Source: Candidatus Roizmanbacteria bacterium RIFCSPHIGHO2_02_FULL_37_13b (GTDB taxonomy: Bacteria; Patescibacteriota; Microgenomatia; UBA1406; HO2-37-13b). From it: a DNA stretch of 52,682 nucleotides. Position numbers and translations under genes: made by a program. The notes beneath the pieces are model-generated. The model ran no database searches, was not told the DNA's origin, and saw nothing but the letters and a program-made list of their open reading frames with translations. Of the stretch, positions 44,366-52,682 are shown one piece after another. The stretch lies in NCBI GenBank assembly GCA_001789395.1, contig MFZK01000017.1, positions 1 to 52,682 on the forward strand. Reading direction: 5' to 3'. The first letter of the stretch is position 1. Each line of letters starts with the position of its first letter.

Positions 44366-45742
44366 TTATAATATTTTTTTCTTAATAAATTCTATAATGT
44401 CGTCCTGACGAATTCTTTCTTGTTTCATCGTATCTCTTTCTCTTATTGTGACTGTGTCATCTACAATTGTATCGTAATCGACGGTAACGCAAAATGGTGT
44501 ACCAATTTCATCCTGTCTTCGATACATTTTACCAATGTTGCCGCTGTCATCAAATTCACAAACGAAATGTGATTTCAATTTACTATATAATTCTTTGGCT
44601 TTTTTTTGTAACTTCTCATCCTTTTGCAATGGGAAAATCGCAGCTTTAATAGGCGCAATTTTTGGATTTAACTTCAAATATACTCGCTGTTTGCCATTTA
44701 CTTCATCCTCTTTATAAGCGTCAAATATTATTGCTCCAACCAATCGTGACAATCCAAATGTTGGTTCAATAACATGGGGAATAAAAGTTTCACCCGTTTG
44801 TGGATCACGATATGCTAAATCTTTTCCCGAGTTTTTTGCATGATTGGTTAAATCAAAATCAGTACGATATGCGATCCCAAACAATTCTTTATACCCAAAA
44901 GGATATTTGTATTCGATATCTTCTGTTTTCTTTGAATAATGAGATCTTTCTTTTTCGTCGTGCTCGCGCCAACGCACATTCTCTTTTGCAATACCTACTA
45001 TAAGTGCAAAATCAATCATTTCAGTTTTCCACATTTCATATATTGACTCCCACGCGTCTGATTTTATGAAATATTCAAGCTCCATCAAGTCAAATTCTAA
45101 AGTACGGTGTATAAACTGGCCTAAAGTGACTTCATTTCTGAAGGCTTTTCCTATTTGGGCGATCCCAAAAGGTAGACGAACTCGCATCGTGTCTAATACG
45201 TTTTTAAAGTTAACAAATATTCCTTGTGCGATCTCACCACGAAGATAAACCTTTGCTTTCTTTTCTTCAACAATACCTACCCGTGTTTCAAACAGGAGAT
45301 TAAAACGGCGTACTTCGGTGAAATCATAAGCCCCGCATTTTGGACATTTAATCTTATTTTCTCTGATAATTTTTTCCAGTTCGTCAATACTGAGTCCTTC
45401 AACTTTGATATCCGGTAACGATTCTTCAACCAAAAAATCAGCGCGAGTTCGAAATTGACATGTTTTGCAATCTATCAACGCGTCAGTAAAATTTGCCACA
45501 TGACCCGAGGCCTCCCAAACTTTTGGGTTTAAAAAAATAGATGCTTCAAGACCCACCATATCATTTCTCTCTAATACAAATTTCTTCCACCATAAATCAC
45601 GAATGTTATTTTTTAATAGCGTGCCATAATGCCCAAAATCCCAAGTATTGGCTAAACCTCCATAAATATCTGACGATGGATAGACAAAACCACGACGTTT
45701 ACAAAGTGCAGTGATTTTATCTAGCGTTGTATATGAATTCAT
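44366..45742 (-). CDS. glyS: Glycyl-tRNA synthetase, homodimeric type
   Basis: KRRGFVYP, WEASGH, LRGEIAQGIF, QIGKAFRNE, VIEPTFG, YRRQDEIGTP. Confidence 0.96.
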   Translation of the reverse strand: MNSYTTLDKITALCKRRGFVYPSSDIYGGLANTWDFGHYGTLLKNNIRDLWWKKFVLERNDMVGLEASIFLNPKVWEASGHVANFTDALIDCKTCQFRTRADFLVEESLPDIKVEGLSIDELEKIIRENKIKCPKCGAYDFTEVRRFNLLFETRVGIVEEKKAKVYLRGEIAQGIFVNFKNVLDTMRVRLPFGIAQIGKAFRNEVTLGQFIHRTLEFDLMELEYFIKSDAWESIYEMWKTEMIDFALIVGIAKENVRWREHDEKERSHYSKKTEDIEYKYPFGYKELFGIAYRTDFDLTNHAKNSGKDLAYRDPQTGETFIPHVIEPTFGLSRLVGAIIFDAYKEDEVNGKQRVYLKLNPKIAPIKAAIFPLQKDEKLQKKAKELYSKLKSHFVCEFDDSGNIGKMYRRQDEIGTPFCVTVDYDTIVDDTVTIRERDTMKQERIRQDDIIEFIKKKIL

Positions 45743-45784
45743 AAAAAAGATTATAGCAAACGAATTGATTATAATATAATCATC

Positions 45785-46696
45785 ATGACTGACTTATCGA
45801 TAATTGTTATCTCCTATAACACCAAAGTCCTGACGGAAAAATGTCTTGAAACTATCATTTCTTCTTTACACCATAAATCAACCATTACCGCAGAAATCAT
45901 TGTCATTGACAACAACTCTAATGACGGTAGCGTTGAAATGCTAAAAGACTTTCATAGCTCTATGCTCATGTCTCAAAGTCCGAATATAAAACTTAAAACA
46001 ATTTTCAGTAAATCAAATCTCGGATACGCAAAAGGAAATAATGAAGCTGTAAAACGTGCCGAGGGCAAAATAATTCTATTCCTCAATTCAGACATTGAAG
46101 TTTTAGCTGATGCGATTCCTAAACTATATCAGTTCTTTGTAAACCAGAAACGTTTCCAATTTATCGGTGGAAAACTTTTTAATCAAGACATGACATCACA
46201 AGCATCCTGCGGACCGGATTACAGTTTGCCAATTGTTTTTACCGCTCTTTTTTTAAGAGGTGATTATTATGGTCTAACACGCTATTCACCAAATCAACTA
46301 AGGCAAGTTGATTGGGTTTCGGGCGCCTGCTTTATTTGTAAAAAAACAGACTTTGAAAATATTTCCGGATTTGACAATAACATCTTTATGTATATGGACG
46401 AAATTGACCTTTTTTTTCGAGCTAGAAAACATCAATTAATAGTTGGGTTTTATCCTGATGCACAATTTATTCATATAGGATCAGGCTCAAGCCACGGCCG
46501 TACCCAACCTATCTTGCAAGTGTTTAAAGGACTTATATATTTTTATAAAAAACATCATAGAACGTCGGCGATCAACTTTCTAAAGTTTATGTTAAAATTA
46601 AAAGCACTTGTTGCTTGTCGAATTGGCCGACTTTTAGGTAACCAGTATCTCATTAGTACATATGCAAAAGCTTATAAAATTGTTGACAATAATTGA
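45785..46696 (+). CDS. GT2 glycosyltransferase
   Basis: SIIVISYN, IDNNSNDGS, NLGYAKGNN, LNSD, WVSGA, FMYMDEID. Confidence 0.9.
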   Translation: MTDLSIIVISYNTKVLTEKCLETIISSLHHKSTITAEIIVIDNNSNDGSVEMLKDFHSSMLMSQSPNIKLKTIFSKSNLGYAKGNNEAVKRAEGKIILFLNSDIEVLADAIPKLYQFFVNQKRFQFIGGKLFNQDMTSQASCGPDYSLPIVFTALFLRGDYYGLTRYSPNQLRQVDWVSGACFICKKTDFENISGFDNNIFMYMDEIDLFFRARKHQLIVGFYPDAQFIHIGSGSSHGRTQPILQVFKGLIYFYKKHHRTSAINFLKFMLKLKALVACRIGRLLGNQYLISTYAKAYKIVDNN

Positions 46697-48305
46697 TAAT
46701 AATTTATTGTTAACGGTATTATCTTTCTTTGTTTTTCTAATTTCGCTGTACCCTAAATTACCACTTATCCACGTTGAATACACCTATATCTACATCCGCG
46801 CGGACGATTTTCTTGTGGTTTTTTTGTCGGTAATTTTTTTGCTTCAACTTGTTCGTAGAAAAGTTCATTTAAATCGAAAACTGATTATTCCAATTGGAAT
46901 TTTTTGGTTGGCCGTGTTTTCAAGTTTTGTGTACCATGTTTACATTGTCAAGACAATGCCTTATGTACAAGTTGCTTTTCTTCATACTTTAAGGCGCATA
47001 GAGTATATGACAATTTTTTTTATCACAGCGTCTTTTATCAGATCAAAAAAAGATTTTTTCCTGATTTTATTTACAATTTTTTGTTCATTGACGTTAGTCG
47101 GAATTTATGGATTGGGGCAAAAATTTATTGGTTTCCCTGCGGTTCAAACAATGAATCCAGCTTTTGCTCGAGGATTAATATTGCTCCTTACTCCTGAGGC
47201 AAGAATATCCGGGACTTTTGCCGGCCACTATGATTTATCATCATATTTAGTCTTTCTTTTACCTCTGGTTTGGGGTATGTATTTAAGCCGTAGATACTTT
47301 CAAACTTTACAAAAAAGCCAGAATTTCATTTATATTGTCGGGTTTGTCTCGATTTTGATCTTGACATACAATCTTCGTATTACCAACTGGTGGATTCTTG
47401 TACTTGTCATGACAATGCCACTTTTGATCTTGTATTTATCAGATCAGAACCTGAAAGAAAAAATGCTGACTTTTCTCATATGTCTTTGTTCAATCACTGT
47501 ACTCATCTTCACTGCCTCTAGAATCTCTTTTATCTCCTACATGCTGACAACACCGATCTTTCTTCTCTTTATGAAAAAGTATCGATTGTTTGTTATTGTT
47601 TTAATTTTCACATTATCGTTATCATTTTTTAGCAAAGATCTAACCAATCGTTTCTCAAAGACATTTCAAGTAAAACAAATATTAGTTGATGACACGACTG
47701 GAAGCGTTTATGTGCCACAGCGAATCTCTACTAAAGAATTACCAGCGGGCTCAGCATATATTGATTTAAATAAACAAAAACCAATCACAAAAGAAACAGA
47801 GGCCTATAAACAACAAGTAATAAGAGATGCTACTGCATCCGGAAAAACACTGACGCAGGAAGAAAGAGATAAACTTCTTGCCTCACTTGAAGCAAACCTT
47901 AGAGCGATATCTAGCGTCGTGGCTGATATTTCTTTTGCGACGAGACTTCAAATTGAATGGCCAAGAGCTCTAAGGGCATTTAGAAAAAACATGATTTTTG
48001 GCACCGGTCCTTTTTCAATAACTGAAGCAACCGATAATGATTATCTTAGATCACTTGGTGAATTTGGTTTATTTGGTTTCCTGAGTTTTGCCTATGTATT
48101 ATTTACCATTTTCTGGCTAATTGTCAGAAATATAAAAAATACAGCACAAGACCATCGACCCATTTTCATTGGTTTTATTTTTGGATTTTTTGGTCTCATG
48201 ATCAATGCTTCATATATAGATGTTTTTGAAGCATCTAAAGTCGCATATACATTTTGGTTGGTCAGTGGATCAATGATTGGATTTATTAGCTTATCAAAAA
48301 AATGA
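46662..48305 (+). CDS. O-antigen ligase/polymerase-like membrane protein
   Basis: Multi-TM; RISGTF, TASR, FGTGP, DNDYLRSLGEFG. Confidence 0.75.
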   Translation: MQKLIKLLTIIDNNLLLTVLSFFVFLISLYPKLPLIHVEYTYIYIRADDFLVVFLSVIFLLQLVRRKVHLNRKLIIPIGIFWLAVFSSFVYHVYIVKTMPYVQVAFLHTLRRIEYMTIFFITASFIRSKKDFFLILFTIFCSLTLVGIYGLGQKFIGFPAVQTMNPAFARGLILLLTPEARISGTFAGHYDLSSYLVFLLPLVWGMYLSRRYFQTLQKSQNFIYIVGFVSILILTYNLRITNWWILVLVMTMPLLILYLSDQNLKEKMLTFLICLCSITVLIFTASRISFISYMLTTPIFLLFMKKYRLFVIVLIFTLSLSFFSKDLTNRFSKTFQVKQILVDDTTGSVYVPQRISTKELPAGSAYIDLNKQKPITKETEAYKQQVIRDATASGKTLTQEERDKLLASLEANLRAISSVVADISFATRLQIEWPRALRAFRKNMIFGTGPFSITEATDNDYLRSLGEFGLFGFLSFAYVLFTIFWLIVRNIKNTAQDHRPIFIGFIFGFFGLMINASYIDVFEASKVAYTFWLVSGSMIGFISLSKK

Positions 48306-49774
48306 AAGAAAACTCTATAAAACCGCATTTTGGGTTAAAAAAGATTGATATTTTGCTCATATTCTTTCTCATACTAATTGGTCTCGTTTTTAGACTATAT
48401 AAAATAGGAAATCCCGTTGCTGATTGGCATTCATGGCGTCAGGCCGATACCGCAGCAGTTGCGCGAAATTTTGTGAGAGGTGGCTTTGATTTATTGCATC
48501 CAAAATATGATGATTTAGGTAGAAATCAGACAGGATTAGATAATCCTCAAGGATATAGATTTGTAGAATTTCCTTTTTATAATAGTCTGTTTGCCACACT
48601 GTATAAAATATATTCTGGTGTATCTTTAGAAATTTATGGGAGATTAACATCAATTATCTTTTCACTTTTGATAATTGCGGTCATTTATATCTTGCTACTG
48701 TATGAAGATCATCAACTTTCAGCTTTTTTTGGTGCACTGGTTTTTGCTATCATGCCCTTTTTTATTTATTATTCAAGAGTTATTTTGCCTGAAATGACAG
48801 CTTTATCACTGATGTTTGTCTCTATACTACTATTGTATTTTTGGCCGGGTAACTTTCACAAAAAAAAAGGTTGGCTATTTTTCTCATTGTCCTTGATATT
48901 TGGCGCTTTAGCACTACTCGTTAAACCAACGACCATTTTTTTTCTTATTCCCTTAATTTATATTTTCATTCAAAAAAATGGAATCTATACTCTAAAAAAA
49001 GTCAGTCTATACATATTTTTGATACTTGTTTTGCTGCCGACTGGACTCTGGAGACTATGGATACAAAATTTCCCACAGGGCGTTCCTGCTTCGAATTGGT
49101 TAATATCCGTAGTCAATACATACGAAGGACCAAAAAATATTTTTTTTAGACCGGCTTTTTTTCGCTGGATATTTTATGAAAGAATTCCAAATTTAATATT
49201 GGGTAGCTATTTGATATTTCCATTATTATTGGGTTTTCTTAAAAAACCAAAAAAAAGTTGGCTGATACATTCTATTGCATTATCTTCTTTGGTATACCTT
49301 TTTACTTTTCAAGGAGGCAATGTCCAACATGATTATTATCAGACCTTGATTTTACCCTCTCTTGCCATGCTAATTGGAATCGGTTTTGGCAATATTTTTC
49401 ATGAGAAAAGACTTTTCAGTAATCAGATATTTAATATATCAACCGTTATTGTAATATTGGGATTTTCATTTGCTTTTTCTTACTATAAAGTTAAAGATTA
49501 TTATTCCACAGATCCAAATTTAATTAAAATTGCTAAAATTGTAAATACGGTAACAGCATCTAACGTCAAAATTGTTACCGATCGAGATGGCGATACTACA
49601 CTTCTCTACCTTGCAGATCGAAAAGGTGTAGCTGCAGTCTATGAAGACTTATCCATATTTAAAAATAATGGATTTAAATATTTTGTCACTCTACATAAAG
49701 AAATAGCAGACGAGGTAAAAAAGCAATATAAAACCATCTTTGAAAACGACCAAGTGTTTATCTTTAAACTATAA
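48302..49774 (+). CDS. GT-C (ArnT/PMT-like) membrane glycosyltransferase
   Basis: WRQADTA..ARNF, EFPFY, SR..LPE, LVKP, HDYY; multi-TM. Confidence 0.75.
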   Translation: MKENSIKPHFGLKKIDILLIFFLILIGLVFRLYKIGNPVADWHSWRQADTAAVARNFVRGGFDLLHPKYDDLGRNQTGLDNPQGYRFVEFPFYNSLFATLYKIYSGVSLEIYGRLTSIIFSLLIIAVIYILLLYEDHQLSAFFGALVFAIMPFFIYYSRVILPEMTALSLMFVSILLLYFWPGNFHKKKGWLFFSLSLIFGALALLVKPTTIFFLIPLIYIFIQKNGIYTLKKVSLYIFLILVLLPTGLWRLWIQNFPQGVPASNWLISVVNTYEGPKNIFFRPAFFRWIFYERIPNLILGSYLIFPLLLGFLKKPKKSWLIHSIALSSLVYLFTFQGGNVQHDYYQTLILPSLAMLIGIGFGNIFHEKRLFSNQIFNISTVIVILGFSFAFSYYKVKDYYSTDPNLIKIAKIVNTVTASNVKIVTDRDGDTTLLYLADRKGVAAVYEDLSIFKNNGFKYFVTLHKEIADEVKKQYKTIFENDQVFIFKL

Positions 49775-49782
49775 AAATAGGT

Positions 49783-50985
49783 ATGAAGATTTTGATGCTT
49801 ACCCCATACTTACCTTTCCCTCCGTCATCAGGTGGTCAAGTCAGATCTTATAATTTGCTCAAAAATTTGGGGAAAAAACACAAAATTGTCTTAGTTGCTC
49901 TGATCAAAAATGACAGTGAAAAAAAATATGTTGACGATCTCAAAGATTATTGTGAAAAAATTTATGTCTGCAAAAGATCGGAGAGTCCATGGACAATGCA
50001 AAATATTTTTCGTAGCATTTTTGGTCTTTATCCATTCTTAGTAGTCAGAAACTATTCGACAGAAGCAAAAGAGAGAGTTTACCAACTACTTCAAGAGAAT
50101 AACTTCGATCTAATACATGCCGAAACTTTTTATATCATGCCTCATATCCCGGAGACAAATATCCCTATTCTCTTAGTTGAGCAAACTATCGAATATATGG
50201 TCTACCAGCATTTTGTCAAAAACTTTAAATTATTTTTTGTGAAACCATTATTTTACTTTGACATCCTTAAGCTTAAATTCTGGGAAAAATCATATTGGCA
50301 AAAGGCAGATTTGGTTGGCGCTATGTCGGAGATAGATCGACAACAAATGGTTAAAATTATTCCTGATCTTAAGGTGGAGATTATCCCCAATGCTGCCGGG
50401 GAGGATTTAAGTCTAATTTATCAAACGCAAAAATCTGAAAAACCGATATTTCTTTATCAAGGGAATTTTTTTTGGTTACAAAATATTGAAGCAGCCAGAC
50501 TTCTCATTGATCAAATATTTCCTGAGATTATAAAAAAAATCCCATCGGCAATTTGTTATATCGCCGGACAAAAGGCGAAAGAGAAGCTGGGGAAAATTAA
50601 GACTAAGGGAATTAAAATCATAGAAATTGAACCATCGGACGTTGATACGGTCAAAAAAGTATACCGGCAGGCATCGATTTTTTTGGCACCGATTAAGGGT
50701 CCTGGCGGAACCAGGCTTAAAATATTGGGAGCTATGGCAGCAGGATTACCAGTAATCTCATCACCGACGGGAGTTAGTGGACTTGATATTAAAGATAGGG
50801 AAAATGTATTGATCGCAAAAAACAATCAGGAATTTGTGAAATTAGCAGTGGAAATTTTTGAAAGTAGAACTTTATATGAAAAGATCAGGCAAAATGCCAA
50901 AAAACTTGTCGAAGAAAAATATAATTGGAACACTGTCTCTTCAAAGCTTGAGCAGATATATTTAAAGTTAACTAAAACTAAGTAA
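49783..50985 (+). CDS. GT4 glycosyltransferase
   Basis: LPFPPSSGGQVR, IIPN, GTRLKILGAMAAGLPVIS. Confidence 0.88.
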   Translation: MKILMLTPYLPFPPSSGGQVRSYNLLKNLGKKHKIVLVALIKNDSEKKYVDDLKDYCEKIYVCKRSESPWTMQNIFRSIFGLYPFLVVRNYSTEAKERVYQLLQENNFDLIHAETFYIMPHIPETNIPILLVEQTIEYMVYQHFVKNFKLFFVKPLFYFDILKLKFWEKSYWQKADLVGAMSEIDRQQMVKIIPDLKVEIIPNAAGEDLSLIYQTQKSEKPIFLYQGNFFWLQNIEAARLLIDQIFPEIIKKIPSAICYIAGQKAKEKLGKIKTKGIKIIEIEPSDVDTVKKVYRQASIFLAPIKGPGGTRLKILGAMAAGLPVISSPTGVSGLDIKDRENVLIAKNNQEFVKLAVEIFESRTLYEKIRQNAKKLVEEKYNWNTVSSKLEQIYLKLTKTK

Positions 50986-50992
50986 ATTATTT

Positions 50993-51376
50993 TTACTTTA
51001 GTCTTACTGCAGGTGCCACTTGTCGAACTGCAACAGTTGGTGGTTTTGCACTGGCGCTTTGTGCAATCTCTTGTCTTAACCCAGTAAGAATGTCTTGCGC
51101 TCTTTGACTTGTTGCTTGTGATTGTTCAGGCCTACCCATCGCTTTATCAACTTCTTGACGCGCTCTTAATTTTGCCTCATCCAATTCAACACTCTCTCTA
51201 GCTCGAGTTCCTTGTACTGTCCCAGGTGTGGCTACACGCTCACGCATGCCTTCCATAGCTTGTCGTCCCATATCTTTTAATGCTGCAGCATTTTTTAATA
51301 TTTGCTCACGCGATATAACTGGCTTTGGTGGTTCAAAGGATCGATTACCGCTACCACCTTCTCCTACTTCAGACAT
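50993..51376 (-). CDS. Hypothetical Ala/Arg/Gln-rich helical protein
   Basis: 127-aa ATG ORF exactly filling the gap between two GT4 genes; no recognisable motif. Confidence 0.55.
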   Translation of the reverse strand: MSEVGEGGSGNRSFEPPKPVISREQILKNAAALKDMGRQAMEGMRERVATPGTVQGTRARESVELDEAKLRARQEVDKAMGRPEQSQATSQRAQDILTGLRQEIAQSASAKPPTVAVRQVAPAVRLK

Positions 51377-51473
51377 AAGATTTTAAAATAAACTTATAAT
51401 ATATTATTACACTACTTTAAAGTACTAATTTTGTCAATTATGAATTTGATCAGTCTTAGAATATAATGGAATC

Positions 51474-52586
51474 ATGATAATCGGAGTTGATGGCAATGAA
51501 GCAAATGTTGAAAAACGAGTCGGGGTTTCAGTCTACACATATGAACTTTTGAAATATTTTCAAAAAAAAGCCTCAAACGACACTCAATTCATCATCTACC
51601 TAAGAGTAAATCCCGAATCGTCCATGCCTGTAGAAACTCAATTTTTTAAATATCGCGTGGTTAAAGGCCCTCTATGGAGTCAGATTTTTTTGCCTATTGA
51701 TCTTTATCTCAACCGAAAAATTAATGTCTTCTTCTCCCCTGCCCATTATACCCCCCGATTTTGCCCTATCCCACTTGTCGTCTCCATCCACGACCTGGCG
51801 TATGAATATTATCCTGATGAATTTCTCAAAAAAGACCTCTATAAGCTTAAAAATTGGACTAAACATGCTGTAAGTCAAGCCAAAAGGATTATTGCTGTTT
51901 CAAATAACACTAAGAAGGATATTGTCAAGTTTTATAAGATACCGAAAGAGAAAATAGATGTTGTTTATAATGGATATACAAATCGCATCACACTTGACAC
52001 GTTACATGCAAGTCGATCAAATCTAAATACCAAATACCAAATACTAAATACTAAATACTTACTTTATGTTGGAACGATACAACCGCGAAAAAATTTACTA
52101 ACTCTTATTGAAGCATTCCATTTGCTACTTCACGATAAACCAGACTTTAAGCTTGTCATCGCAGGGAAAAAGGGATGGATGTATGATGAAATTTATCAAA
52201 AAGTCGAAAAACTTAAACTAACTGATAAAATAATGTTCACAGGATATATAAATGAATCAGAATTATCTTTTCTATATCAAAATGCAGCTATATATGTCTT
52301 ACCATCTCTCTATGAAGGATTTGGGATACCGATCCTTGAAGCTATGAGTCATGGATGTCCGGTCATTTGTTCCAATGTCTCAAGCTTGCCTGAAATCGGT
52401 GCCAACGCTTGTCTTTACGTTAATCCAAATGATAAAATAGAATTAAAGCTGAAGATAGTTAAACTAATAGAGGATAGAGAATTGAGGGCAGATTTGATTG
52501 AAAAAGGCAAACAAAGAATAAAGAAATTCAGTTGGGAGAAATGTGGAATAGAAACTCTCGCGATACTACAACGTGTCGCTATTTGA
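51474..52586 (+). CDS. GT4 glycosyltransferase (mannosyltransferase-like)
   Basis: IHDL, VGTIQPRKN, PSLYEGFGIPILEAM, SSLPEI, FSWEK. Confidence 0.92.
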   Translation: MIIGVDGNEANVEKRVGVSVYTYELLKYFQKKASNDTQFIIYLRVNPESSMPVETQFFKYRVVKGPLWSQIFLPIDLYLNRKINVFFSPAHYTPRFCPIPLVVSIHDLAYEYYPDEFLKKDLYKLKNWTKHAVSQAKRIIAVSNNTKKDIVKFYKIPKEKIDVVYNGYTNRITLDTLHASRSNLNTKYQILNTKYLLYVGTIQPRKNLLTLIEAFHLLLHDKPDFKLVIAGKKGWMYDEIYQKVEKLKLTDKIMFTGYINESELSFLYQNAAIYVLPSLYEGFGIPILEAMSHGCPVICSNVSSLPEIGANACLYVNPNDKIELKLKIVKLIEDRELRADLIEKGKQRIKKFSWEKCGIETLAILQRVAI

Positions 52587-52590
52587 ATTT

Positions 52591-52682
52591 ATGTTTAAAG
52601 ACAAAACAGGTCGTCAATTAACTTATAACGAATTAGTACAAAAACTTATCTCTCGATTGTATAATATCCTTCTTGAATTAGA
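52591..52682 (+). CDS. 5' fragment of the next gene (MFKDKTGRQLTYNELVQKLISRLYNILLEL...), truncated by the window edge
   Basis: ATG 4 nt after the previous stop; open to the window end. Confidence 0.5.
   Translation, partial: MFKDKTGRQLTYNELVQKLISRLYNILLEL

Noticed and set aside
12010-51878. Many 60-116 aa ORFs overlapping core genes (for example within ftsZ, murA, murB, glyS)
   Set aside because: They overlap well-supported conserved genes and lack motifs.
1-52682. Alternative genetic code (UGA=Gly), prophage, DGR/retron or defence island
   Set aside because: Conserved genes such as murG and rodA end at TGA at normal lengths. No phage structural, integrase, reverse transcriptase or recognisable defence genes were seen.

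Overview
This window is an AT-rich bacterial chromosome segment using genetic code 11 (TGA is a stop). Gene content and style suggest Patescibacteria/CPR, Microgenomates-like; that assignment is inference. Bases 1-10.8 kb are accessory: a GC-richer M23 peptidase-membrane protein that runs off the left edge and is missing from the ORF track, a cluster of TGTCAT-tagged palindromes, a NAGPA-domain protein, and a RAYT-type Y1 transposase flanked by inverted palindromes. They also hold three paralogous secreted Asn/Thr/Gly repeat proteins (candidate surface fibre or functional-amyloid system) and tRNA-Val(CAC). Next to that tRNA is a ~0.5-kb cassette in which a small GIY-YIG nuclease sits among tRNA 5' fragments, two of which carry an identical 48-nt hairpin in the D-loop. 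Bases 10.8-45.7 kb are mostly core: lepB, rpmA/rplU, rodA, ileS (non-canonical GVHH motif), typA, an extended dcw cluster (mraZ to ftsZ, including murL-murD, a glmU-like gene, yvcK and dgkA), a dockerin-bearing secreted protein and glyS. Bases 45.8-52.7 kb are a surface-glycosylation cluster. Window-wide patterns are heptamer tandem repeats inside core genes and apparently leaderless promoters.
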